From Candidatus Woesebacteria bacterium (GTDB taxonomy: Bacteria; Patescibacteriota; Microgenomatia; UBA8517): a DNA stretch of 64,000 bases. Each line of letters begins with the position of its first letter. The first letter of the stretch is position 1. The stretch is taken from assembly GCA_003484955.1 (NCBI GenBank), contig DMZH01000001.1:215848-279847 (forward strand). The letters are read 5' to 3'. Below are positions 1 to 8,178 of the stretch, piece by piece. Under the pieces are notes generated by a model. That model did no database searches, was not told the DNA's origin, and saw only the letters and a list, made by a program, of their open reading frames with translations. The position numbers and the translations under genes were made by a program.

Positions 1-306
1 AATTACAGCTTCGGCTTTTTTAAACTTAGCAAGTTTTTCTTCAAGTTCCCTGTGTAAAGTCATCGTACCTGCAATTGTTCTCACGGCTCCCGGCCCGATG
101 CCGTATTTTTCGATAGCCTCAATCGCGGTTTTCTTCATCTCAGGATTATTGGCAAGCCCGAGGTAGTTATTTGAGCAGAAATTTAGGAGTTTTTTACCCT
201 CAATTTGGATTTCGGGCCCGATTGCACTTTCTATTGTCAGGATGTTGTTGTAGAGGTTTTGATCCTTGAGATCTTGGACTTGTTTTTGAATCCAATCTGT
301 GGCCAT
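1..306 (-). CDS. Glycine C-acetyltransferase / 8-amino-7-oxononanoate synthase family PLP enzyme (5' part; runs off window start)
   Basis: Manual translation from ATG 306: [53 protein letters not shown]...[11 protein letters not shown]; [11 protein letters not shown] is the Kbl/BioF signature. Not in ORF track because truncated. Confidence 0.9.
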   Translation of the reverse strand, partial: MATDWIQKQVQDLKDQNLYNNILTIESAIGPEIQIEGKKLLNFCSNNYLGLANNPEMKKTAIEAIEKYGIGPGAVRTIAGTMTLHRELEEKLAKFKKAEAVI

Positions 307-392
307 GAAACGATTATACACCAAAATAGAATTTGTAAAGTCGATTTCTTTTGGTGGCTAATATTTGATATAATCGGATCGTTCGTTTACAT

Positions 393-645
393 TCCCCTGT
401 AGCTCAACGGTAGAGCGAGATCCTGTCGAAAATGGCAGCTCTTGATAGTAATTTCAAGATGAAAATCAGGCTAATTCGGGGAACACCTTTTTAAGGCCAA
501 TCCCGAGCTAAACCACGAAAGTGTAAATGTGTAGAGACTATATACCTGACACCCATTTTGGGTGATGAGATAGTCCAATCCTTTTGGTAACAGAAGGGCT
601 ATTGTAAGATCGAGGTTGGAGGTTCGAATCCTCCCGGGGGAGCCA
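393..645 (+). tRNA. tRNA-Asn(GTT) interrupted by a group I intron (exons 393-426 and 605-645)
   Basis: Acceptor TCCCCTG/CGGGGGA, discriminator G, encoded CCA; D arm GCTC-AACGGTA-GAGC; T arm GGAGG-TTCGAAT-CCTCC; joining the exons gives anticodon loop CT-GTT-AA on stem GATC/GATC. Confidence 0.93.
427..604 (+). ncRNA. Group I self-splicing intron (178 nt, no ORF) between anticodon positions 35 and 36
   Basis: 5' exon ends in U with P1 CTGTC-gaaaat-GGCAG giving the U.G wobble at the splice site; core R/S elements GTAGAGACTA and GAGATAGTCC (P7); intron ends in G604. Confidence 0.9.
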
Positions 646-677
646 ATCGGCACTTAATATACCAAAATATTTTTCCT

Positions 678-1721
678 ATGTTGTCTTTACATCAATTTTA
701 CGAGAAGATAAATACGCCTGAGGGAAAACGGGAAATTATTGTAGCCTTTTCAAATATTGACGAAAGAGATCCCAATCAAGCTGATAATTTTTTCCAAACC
801 TATTGTGTAGGTCAATGGAATGCTGATAGAGCTTCAGTCATATATCATCAAAGGGATTACATAGGAAGAATTGACTCTTATCAGGATCTTCTTTTGCTTC
901 TCAAGAAAAATGACAAGGAAAAATTTAATAAAATTCACAAAGGAACCCCATATTGTTTTTTAGGATGGTTATATTTTGACATTGGAGATTATGAAAAGGG
1001 TGTTTTTTACATAGACCTCGCCATTCTTGAGGATATTAGAATGCATGGTACCTATTGGAACAAATCTCCCGCAACAAGATTATTAACTCTAGAAGAAACA
1101 AATGGCGATGTAGAAATCCATAAAAGGCTCGTAAAAAATATTAAAGAGTTACTAAGATTAGAAATTGAAGAATATAAAAAATTGACCAAGGAATCAAAAT
1201 TAACCTCAATAGATAATTTTGTTAAAAATGGTCTTAAAAATCCTCATCACCGAACAATAGTATCCTCACTTTATGCATATATATTGCAGCAAGAGTCACT
1301 ACAGAATTTGATGAAACTAAAAGGTGAAGAGTCAGGTTCTATAGAGCCATTTTTAATTCATTTTAGAAAAGGAACGATAATACTAGAAACAATATTAAAA
1401 GAAACCTATTCAAGTTTGTCCGGGTTAACTTTGGCGAATATCCTAAATGACCCATTTGTAATAAAGGATAGTGGGTTAAAACTTTTGGATTCAGGAAAAG
1501 TAGGCTCAACATTGGAAGATTTAGTTAAAGTACTAATCCCATATTTTGATAGAGGGACAAATGAGCCTCAAAATAAATGGATCACAGTTGCGTATCGTTT
1601 GAGGAATGTTACTAGTCATGGATTGCCTTGGTCAGAAATAATAGATGCAGCTACTTATAAGCGGCTATATCAGCAAATCTTATTTTCAATATTTTATATT
1701 ATCGACAAAAAATATTCGTAG
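678..1721 (+). CDS. Hypothetical protein with TPR-like helical N-terminus and C-terminal HEPN-like RNase motif (putative defence effector)
   Basis: 347-aa ORF; LGWLYFDIGDYEKG is TPR-like; RLRNVTSHG fits the R-x4-H HEPN motif near the C-terminus; AT-rich. Confidence 0.6.
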   Translation: MLSLHQFYEKINTPEGKREIIVAFSNIDERDPNQADNFFQTYCVGQWNADRASVIYHQRDYIGRIDSYQDLLLLLKKNDKEKFNKIHKGTPYCFLGWLYFDIGDYEKGVFYIDLAILEDIRMHGTYWNKSPATRLLTLEETNGDVEIHKRLVKNIKELLRLEIEEYKKLTKESKLTSIDNFVKNGLKNPHHRTIVSSLYAYILQQESLQNLMKLKGEESGSIEPFLIHFRKGTIILETILKETYSSLSGLTLANILNDPFVIKDSGLKLLDSGKVGSTLEDLVKVLIPYFDRGTNEPQNKWITVAYRLRNVTSHGLPWSEIIDAATYKRLYQQILFSIFYIIDKKYS

Positions 1722-1724
1722 TAA

Positions 1725-1850
1725 TTAATTAAGACTATTTTTTACTAAATTAATTTCCTCTCTGATTTGAGCGACAAGCCTAAAGTTTGAAAAAGCCTCG
1801 TAAATATGTGACAATTGCGTGGTTATATTAGTGTTACGATTCTCGAGCCA
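1725..1850 (-). repeat. Cassette tail 1: start-less 41-codon frame beginning at the tRNA-like core
   Basis: WLENRNTNITTQLSHIYEAFSNFRLVAQIREEINLVKNSLN*; 13/37 ungapped identities with tail 2. Confidence 0.65.
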
Positions 1851-1881
1851 GTTGGGTCTTAATCTGACCAATTGATAAATT

Positions 1882-2613
1882 ATGTTGACAAAAGAAGAAG
1901 TAATAAAGGAAATCCAAAAATGGGCCAAGGAGAATGGTGGTCATACTCCAAGTGCAATAAAATTTGAAGAAATAACAGGAATTGGACCATATGAATTACC
2001 GAAATATTCCTGGTCTAATTACGGTGAACTTGTCCTTGAAGCTGGATTAACCCCCAACCTTTTTGATAAAACTAAATATAGTCACCAAGATTTATGCAAG
2101 ATGTTTGTAAGAGTAATTCGCGAAAAGGGAAAATGGCCAACCAGAGCTGTTTTAGAAATTAAACACAGTCACGATTCGAAATTTCCCGCCTCTGCAACTT
2201 TTTACAAAAAACTTGGTCAGACTGGAGATTTGGCACAAACGATTCTCGAATATGTCAAAGACAAACAAGGGTATAAAGACGTAGTAAATATTTGTACACC
2301 AGTTTTAGGAAAATATAAAAATGAAAGTGAGACTTCTGTGGATAATATGGCAGAGCATGGTTTTGTATATTTAGGTTTACAGCACGGGGATTACAAAATT
2401 GGTTTTACAAAAGATTTAGACCGTCGTAGGGAAGATATTACTTTATTAGGATCAGGACCGATGGTTTGGATATATGAAATAGAAACAGATGATATGCGCG
2501 GTGTTGAGAGATATTGGCACAATAGATTTGAATCTAAATGGATCAGGGGTGAGTGGTACAAGTTAAATCAGTCAGATGTAAAAGCTTTCAAGCGCTGGAA
2601 ACGAATCCTTTAA
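1882..2613 (+). CDS. GIY-YIG (T5orf172/MUG113-like) nuclease-domain protein with N-terminal helical repeats
   Basis: C-terminal GFVYL...YKIGFTKDLDRR...ERYWHNRF...RGEWYKL pattern; two N-terminal repeats (GHTPS.../GKWPT...) resembling homing-endonuclease-associated repeats. Confidence 0.8.
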   Translation: MLTKEEVIKEIQKWAKENGGHTPSAIKFEEITGIGPYELPKYSWSNYGELVLEAGLTPNLFDKTKYSHQDLCKMFVRVIREKGKWPTRAVLEIKHSHDSKFPASATFYKKLGQTGDLAQTILEYVKDKQGYKDVVNICTPVLGKYKNESETSVDNMAEHGFVYLGLQHGDYKIGFTKDLDRRREDITLLGSGPMVWIYEIETDDMRGVERYWHNRFESKWIRGEWYKLNQSDVKAFKRWKRIL

Positions 2614-2751
2614 TTAACAAGTTGTGACTTTTGTTAACAATTTGATTTGTTTTAATCTTTCTCTCGCTTGTTCAGCCCAGATTGCATTTTGAAAAGCCTT
2701 GATAACATGGGACAAAGCAGTGGTCAGTGCGAAACTAGGAACAGGGAGCTT
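2614..2751 (-). repeat. Cassette tail 2: start-less 45-codon frame beginning at the tRNA-like core
   Basis: Manual translation KLPVPSFALTTALSHVIKAFQNAIWAEQARERLKQIKLLTKVTTC*; homologous to tail 1. Confidence 0.65.
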
Positions 2752-2856
2752 AAGATGGCTTTATATATTTCTTCTGAATGGGAAAGGAACATGAGATGAA
2801 AGGTTGTGAATTTTGCCATATAATAAGTCAGTAAATAAAATTACAGGAGAATTAAT

Positions 2857-3072
2857 ATGTGTGAACAAGAAAAACCGTTCCAATGGGCCGAACCGGAAGT
2901 ACCGGAAAAATTGCCAGAATCTACAGAAGATGATGGTATGTCATATACAAGTGTTGCCGAATTACTGGATAATGAATTAAATATTGATATAAAAAGATTG
3001 GGTGAACTGGATATTGAAATTAAAAGGTTAAAAGAAGTAAATTCGGAAATCAACCCATCTGGTGGTCCATAA
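2857..3072 (+). CDS. Small acidic hypothetical protein
   Basis: 71-aa ORF preceded by AGGAGA Shine-Dalgarno. Confidence 0.5.
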   Translation: MCEQEKPFQWAEPEVPEKLPESTEDDGMSYTSVAELLDNELNIDIKRLGELDIEIKRLKEVNSEINPSGGP

Positions 3073-3087
3073 TTTGTTAAAGAGATT

Positions 3088-3306
3088 TCAACCTATCTCA
3101 AACACCTTGTTTTTTGATTTTTCGCCCCATAGAAGAATCACTTTTCCTCGGCTTACCTCAAAATGTTTTGCCAGGGCTTCAACCACAGCTCTGTTAGCCT
3201 TTCCTTCCAGCGGGGGAGCATTTACATAAACATGAGTGGCTCCCAATAAATCTTTTTCTATTCTTGGATTCTTTGTATTTGGATGAGCGATTATTGATAA
3301 TTTCAT
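3088..3306 (-). CDS. DUF167/YggU family protein
   Basis: VNAPPLEGKANRAVVEALAKHF...GEKSKNK motif. Confidence 0.9.
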   Translation of the reverse strand: MKLSIIAHPNTKNPRIEKDLLGATHVYVNAPPLEGKANRAVVEALAKHFEVSRGKVILLWGEKSKNKVFEIG

Positions 3307-3397
3307 TAACCAATTATAGTGGTGTTTGACTTCTTTTTGCGTGGGACTTAATGTAAATCCTCAGTTTATATCCAGTTTCTTATGGTAGAGTATAAGT

Positions 3398-3700
3398 GTG
3401 GAAGAAGATTTGCGCATTTTGACTGAAGATGAAATTGAGAAAAAATTAAAGGATTTTCCCGGTTGGGAGTATCGTGATAATAAAATTACTAAGAAGTTCC
3501 AGTTTGGCAGTTTTGATGAAGCGGTTCAGTTTGTGGAAAAGCTTGCTCCATTTTCCAATAGAATAGACCACCACCCCGATGTTCATATTTATTACAAAAA
3601 GATAGTTTTTGATCTTCAGCGCTTCAGTGTGGGAGGAAAAGTGACCCCGAGAGACTTCACTGTTGCCTCAGAAATCGAACGTCTTTTTGCAGCAAAATAG
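3398..3700 (+). CDS. phhB: Pterin-4-alpha-carbinolamine dehydratase family
   Basis: GWEY...KKFQFGSF...DHHPDV...VTPRDF motif. Confidence 0.85.
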   Translation: MEEDLRILTEDEIEKKLKDFPGWEYRDNKITKKFQFGSFDEAVQFVEKLAPFSNRIDHHPDVHIYYKKIVFDLQRFSVGGKVTPRDFTVASEIERLFAAK

Positions 3701-3714
3701 ACAGCACACCTACT

Positions 3715-4029
3715 TTATTTTTTCCCGCCACTGTCGGCCTTGGGGCTCATTGTCCGAACAATATCGGAGAGAATATAACCGACAAAAGAATAAACGACTA
3801 TGGCAAAAACCGCAGAAAACTCGAGAGTCAATCTTGGTGCAAGTTCAGGAGAGGGGAACATTCCCTGGAATGGGGTTAAGAGAGGTCTTGTGGTGTCGTA
3901 TACCCAAGTAACGAAAGGAGCCGCAGTTGATGCACCTAAAATCTTCAAAACTATTCTTAAGCCAAGAAGCCCAACGACGATATCTGTTACGAGATTGATA
4001 AGCCTTATCAAAAACCTAGGTGCTAACAT
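3715..4029 (-). CDS. YggT family membrane protein
   Basis: LRIVLKILGA...FVTWVYDTTRPLLTPFQGMFP pattern. Confidence 0.8.
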   Translation of the reverse strand: MLAPRFLIRLINLVTDIVVGLLGLRIVLKILGASTAAPFVTWVYDTTRPLLTPFQGMFPSPELAPRLTLEFSAVFAIVVYSFVGYILSDIVRTMSPKADSGGKK

Positions 4030-4145
4030 GTTCGTGCGTATATTATAGCAAATTTGTCAATGAAAAAACATCAGCCCAATTTGGTGATAAAGAAGAACCT
4101 TTGTTTGACAAACAGAACGGGCAATTAGATGGATTAAATAAAGGG

Positions 4146-4619
4146 TTATTTTTTCTTTATTGAAGCTGTCTTTTTAATCACTTTCTTGACTTTCTCAGGT
4201 TTCACTTCTTTTACCTCGACGGAGTCCTTTTTTACGATAGGTGCCGGGATCAGAATGCTTAAAATTTTGTCAAGCTTGGCATTAACAGCATCAAGCTGAA
4301 CCTTGTTTTGATCAAAACTTGGAGCGGGAGACCTAAAATTGCCTCTTTCAGGCCTTCCTGAATCTGATCTTCCACCATTCATTTTTTCAAAACACTCACT
4401 GCAATAAACCGGCTTACCGTTTGTCGGCCTGAAAGGCACTTGACACTCTTTTCCACAGTTTGAGCAGACAGTTGAGAACATTTCGCGTCTGCCTCTGTCT
4501 TCACCAAAAGAAGATCTTCCCCTTCCTGAAAATCCGCCGCGTCCTCCGCCTCGGCCAAAGCCGCCGCGGTATCCGCCGGACCTATTATCATCTCTATTAA
4601 AATTTCCCATAGTGTTCAT
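4146..4619 (-). CDS. CxxC-x17-CxxC zinc-ribbon protein with RGG-rich N-terminus
   Basis: MFSTVCSNCGKECQVPFRPTNGKPVYCSECF signature. Confidence 0.9.
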   Translation of the reverse strand: MNTMGNFNRDDNRSGGYRGGFGRGGGRGGFSGRGRSSFGEDRGRREMFSTVCSNCGKECQVPFRPTNGKPVYCSECFEKMNGGRSDSGRPERGNFRSPAPSFDQNKVQLDAVNAKLDKILSILIPAPIVKKDSVEVKEVKPEKVKKVIKKTASIKKK

Positions 4620-4659
4620 TGTATCACAGGTTGTATATTATTGTTGGGGCACTTTGTGG

Positions 4660-5043
4660 CTATTTCTCCACCTCAAACCAGTCAATCGGAGATTGGTCTT
4701 CCGGTTCGCCATTATAGTTGACAGTGATTTCTTCATCTTTTTTGATGGGTCTAATAGCGCGGTAAACCATACACTGGGTTTTAAAGTTTTGTTTCCAATC
4801 GGCATTGGGGGAGTAGGAATGGTTATAGATTGATCCGTAACCAAAAGCCAAAGCGGCTCCGCGGGTACTTCGCCAGGGATAAATATAATGGCTGAGCGGG
4901 GTTTTTTCCAGATTTTTGCGGTCGGTTGGGGTAAAAACCAAAACCGGTGCACTTTCAACTATTTCTCCGTCTTTGATATCTCTGGCCGCAAAAACTCCAA
5001 GACCTTTTTTGGATGTTCTCTTGAGATAAACATTTTTATTCAT
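4660..5043 (-). CDS. SET-domain protein-lysine methyltransferase
   Basis: KGLGVFAARDIKDGE, YNHSYSPNA, EEITVNY motifs; start may be 5043 or 5055. Confidence 0.9.
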   Translation of the reverse strand: MNKNVYLKRTSKKGLGVFAARDIKDGEIVESAPVLVFTPTDRKNLEKTPLSHYIYPWRSTRGAALAFGYGSIYNHSYSPNADWKQNFKTQCMVYRAIRPIKKDEEITVNYNGEPEDQSPIDWFEVEK

Positions 5044-5105
5044 AGATTTGATCATCCCCTTGACGTGGCTCGGGGTGCTCCTGAATACTGTTATAATACA
5101 TCACT

Positions 5106-6065
5106 ATGAAAACTTGGCAAAGAATCAAAAACGATCCGAACCTGATGGAGAAATATTTGGTTCGGGAAAGAGTTATTGATACAATCCGCTCCTTTTTTAA
5201 AAATCAGGGTTTCCACGAGGTTTTTACGCCAATTTTGGTGCCTATACCCTCGATTGAACCCAACCTTGAAGTGTTTGAGTCGGAATTAAGAACTTCGAAA
5301 GGGGAAAAACGCAGAGCCTTTTTAATAATGAGCCCGGAGTTTTCTATTAAAAAACTTTTGGCGGGAGGAATCGGAAATTGTTTTGAAATTACAAAATGTT
5401 TCAGGAATGAAGAGGAGGCAAGTCCTCTTCACAACCCCGAATTTACCATGCTTGAATGGTATAGGATAAATGCCGATTATAAGGATATTATGAAAGATTT
5501 TGAACACTTATTTTTGAGAATTATCGGTAAAGATAAATTGGAATATCAAGGTGAAGTTTATGATCTTTCTCTTCCCTGGCCCAAAACAAGAATTCCTGAC
5601 GCTTTTGAAAAATATGCAGGAATGGATGTTTTAAAAGTATCGGATGAGGATTTTTACAAAATTTATTTTAATGAAATAGAACCGGAACTTTTGAAAATAA
5701 AAAAGCCGTACTTTATTTATGATTATCCGATTTCTCAAGCATCTTTGTCCAAGCCCGCTAAAGATCCTAGATTTGCGGAAAGATTTGAGGTTTTTCTTGG
5801 TGGAATTGAGCTTGGAAATTGTTTTTCCGAACTGACCGATGCCAAGGAACAGAAAAAGAGATTTGAGGCAGAGAAAAAAGACAGACAAAGAATGAACAAG
5901 ACAGAGTACCCGATAGACGAAGATTTAATTGAGGCTTTAAAAGAAGGAATTCCCGCCGTTTCCGGCATTGCCGTTGGCGTAGACAGGCTCGTCATGCTCG
6001 CTGCCGATACCTCTTCAATTGAGGAAACCATGTTTTTCCCCGGAAAAGAGCTATTTGACCTCTAG
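5106..6065 (+). CDS. epmA: EF-P lysine aminoacylase (EpmA/GenX/PoxA)
   Basis: LysRS-like catalytic domain without anticodon domain: MSPEFSIKKLLA, FRNEE...HNPEFTMLEWY, ERFEVF, GIAVGVDRL; adjacent to efp. Confidence 0.9.
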   Translation: MKTWQRIKNDPNLMEKYLVRERVIDTIRSFFKNQGFHEVFTPILVPIPSIEPNLEVFESELRTSKGEKRRAFLIMSPEFSIKKLLAGGIGNCFEITKCFRNEEEASPLHNPEFTMLEWYRINADYKDIMKDFEHLFLRIIGKDKLEYQGEVYDLSLPWPKTRIPDAFEKYAGMDVLKVSDEDFYKIYFNEIEPELLKIKKPYFIYDYPISQASLSKPAKDPRFAERFEVFLGGIELGNCFSELTDAKEQKKRFEAEKKDRQRMNKTEYPIDEDLIEALKEGIPAVSGIAVGVDRLVMLAADTSSIEETMFFPGKELFDL

Positions 6066-6093
6066 ATGGTTTTAGATTTAAAATACGCGGACA

Positions 6094-6660
6094 ATGAATA
6101 CAATTAATGCGGGTAACATCACCAAAGGGAGCTTTATTATTTTTAAAGGAGCACCTGTTTTTATAACCAAGGCTGAGTTTATGTCTCCCGGAAAAGGCTC
6201 TCCCGTTATGAGAATTAAGTTCAAAAATGTCCAAACAGGAGCCGCGGGGGAGTTTACCTATAAAACCGGAGAAAGCGTTGAGGTTGCAGAAATCGAGAAA
6301 AAAGAAATGGAATATCTATACCGGGATGGGGAAGAGCTGGTTTTTATGAACCCGAAATCATATGATCAGGTTAGTATTCCGATGGGTCTTATTGACGACC
6401 AGTTTGGCTATTTAACCCCAAATCTTAAATGTTGGATTGTCTGGTATAAAGGCAGCCCTATTGGCGCAACGCTCCCTTCCCATGTAACTTTAAAGGTGAC
6501 AGAATCTCCTGATGAGGTTGCCGGGAATAGAATCAATGCTCCCAAAAAGACAGTGAGACTTGAAACGGGAATTGAAGCCCAGGTCCCTTTGTTTATTAAA
6601 ATCGGAGAAAAAGTGCAGCTTGATACTACAACCGGGGAATATTTGGGAAGGGTTAAATAA
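6094..6660 (+). CDS. efp: Elongation factor P
   Basis: PGKG loop; LETGIEAQVPLFIKIGE...TGEYLGR C-terminus. Confidence 0.95.
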   Translation: MNTINAGNITKGSFIIFKGAPVFITKAEFMSPGKGSPVMRIKFKNVQTGAAGEFTYKTGESVEVAEIEKKEMEYLYRDGEELVFMNPKSYDQVSIPMGLIDDQFGYLTPNLKCWIVWYKGSPIGATLPSHVTLKVTESPDEVAGNRINAPKKTVRLETGIEAQVPLFIKIGEKVQLDTTTGEYLGRVK

Positions 6661-6678
6661 TAGGTTAAAATGTAGGTA

Positions 6679-8178
6679 ATGTCCTTTTTACCGATTATCC
6701 TGGTAGCCGTCCCTTTTATTCTGTTTTTGATACTTCTTCTTTGGAAGAGAACACCGCTTATTTGGGTTTCTCTTGTTACCTTAATTCTGATAATTGTTTT
6801 GGCAGTCTTCTATTGGCAAGTTTACCCGACGTATATTTTTAATTCGCTGATCAAGGGTTTTCTTGTTGCTTTTGACATTCTAATTATCATTTTCGGGGCG
6901 GTTTTTTTCCTGGAAATTACACGGGAAACAAAAATCATCGAGAATATTGGCTACCACCTAGAATCCATTTCAAAAGACCTACGGGTACAAGTAATATTTT
7001 TGGCATGGTTTTTCGAGAACTTTCTGGAAGGTACAGCCGGGTTTGGAACCCCAGCAGCGGTTGTTGCCCCACTTCTGGTTAGTCTTGGAATTACTCCAAT
7101 AAATTCTGTCATAATTGCCCTTCTGGGAAATAGTGCTTCGGGTGTTTTTGGCGCTGCCGGAACCCCTATTAAAGTTGGTTTTGGCGCGCTTGCCGGTGCT
7201 TCAGTTCCAATTACAGCGGCAACCATTAATTTGATCGGAATTTTAGTACCGGTTTTTATGCTCTGGTTTTTGACCAAAGATAGGATAAACCGCAAGAAAG
7301 AATTTACCGAGGCGCTTCCTTTTGCCATTTGGGCCGGGGTTGCTTTTGCAATACCTTCTATATTTACCGTTTTTATAGGCCAGGAATTCCCCTCAATTTT
7401 GGGATCGGCAATTGGTTTATTTTTGGTACTGATTACCACCAAACTTGGTATCTTTATACCGAAGGTGGAAAAAGAACTTGTGGATATCCCGCGCCCTGCC
7501 AAACTTTCTTTGGGTAGGGTGTTGTTTCCTTATTTGTTCTTAATTGCGATTTTGATTGTTGGCAAGTTTACACTTGGCTCCTCGGGGATTCAAATCCCGA
7601 TTATTGTTAAGCACACGTTTTCATTCTTTAATCCGGGGTTTGCTTTCGTTATTGCCGGAATAGTAACTTTGTTGATGTATAAAAAGGATCTCAATCTTTT
7701 TACCAATTCCGCAAAGACGGCACTTAAAAAGTCTTTAATCCCATTCTTGGTGATTGTTTTTATGTCATCAATGGCACAAATTATGGTTAATTCAGTTCAC
7801 AATACAACGAGCCTACCATCAATGGTGGGCTTACTGGCGGTTTATGTTAAAAACATTTTTCTTCCGCTGTGGGCACCTCTGGTGGGAGCTTTCGGAAGTT
7901 TTCTTACAGGGAGCGTTACAATTTCCAATTTAATGTTTGGAAACTTTTTGGCAGTGGCTGCTAGGGATTTGGGTTTTGGAATAGACAAAATTTTGGCGCT
8001 TGCCGTTGTCGGGGGAGCGGCCGGTAACATGATAGCTCTTGCGGATATACTGGCTGCAGAAACCGTAGTCGGATTGAAACATAAAGAAAGAGAGGTTTTA
8101 AAAGGGGTTATACTGCCATGTTTGATTTACGTTGGATTGGTCGGTTTAGTGGGAATGTTTATTTTTAGCCAGCGTTAA
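6679..8178 (+). CDS. L-lactate permease family transporter
   Basis: Polytopic; FLEGTAGFGTP, FGAAGTP, GSFLTGSVTISNLMF, GGAAGNMI motifs. Confidence 0.88.
   Translation: MSFLPIILVAVPFILFLILLLWKRTPLIWVSLVTLILIIVLAVFYWQVYPTYIFNSLIKGFLVAFDILIIIFGAVFFLEITRETKIIENIGYHLESISKDLRVQVIFLAWFFENFLEGTAGFGTPAAVVAPLLVSLGITPINSVIIALLGNSASGVFGAAGTPIKVGFGALAGASVPITAATINLIGILVPVFMLWFLTKDRINRKKEFTEALPFAIWAGVAFAIPSIFTVFIGQEFPSILGSAIGLFLVLITTKLGIFIPKVEKELVDIPRPAKLSLGRVLFPYLFLIAILIVGKFTLGSSGIQIPIIVKHTFSFFNPGFAFVIAGIVTLLMYKKDLNLFTNSAKTALKKSLIPFLVIVFMSSMAQIMVNSVHNTTSLPSMVGLLAVYVKNIFLPLWAPLVGAFGSFLTGSVTISNLMFGNFLAVAARDLGFGIDKILALAVVGGAAGNMIALADILAAETVVGLKHKEREVLKGVILPCLIYVGLVGLVGMFIFSQR

Larger units (their letters stand above)
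646..2751. mobile_element. Putative tandem integrative cassette array at the tRNA-Asn 3' end (units ~646-1850 and ~1851-2751)
   Basis: Core GAGC(CA) at 640-645, 1845-1850 and 2746-2749; similar arms after cores 1 and 2; homologous minus-strand coding tails; AT-rich cargo genes; no recombinase gene inside. Confidence 0.6.

Noticed and set aside
471-653. 60-aa minus-strand ORF (also 205..402 +)
   Set aside because: Antisense to the tRNA-Asn intron and exon, and to the kbl-like gene respectively; shadow ORFs.
1725-1928. 67-aa ORF as an independent gene
   Set aside because: Its start lies antisense inside the GIY-YIG gene; only the part from the TGGCTC core (1850) is homologous to tail 2, so it is treated as a cassette tail.
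646-2751. Classical integron cassettes
   Set aside because: No GTTRRRY/RYYYAAC attC palindromes and no IntI seen; the boundaries are tRNA-derived cores.
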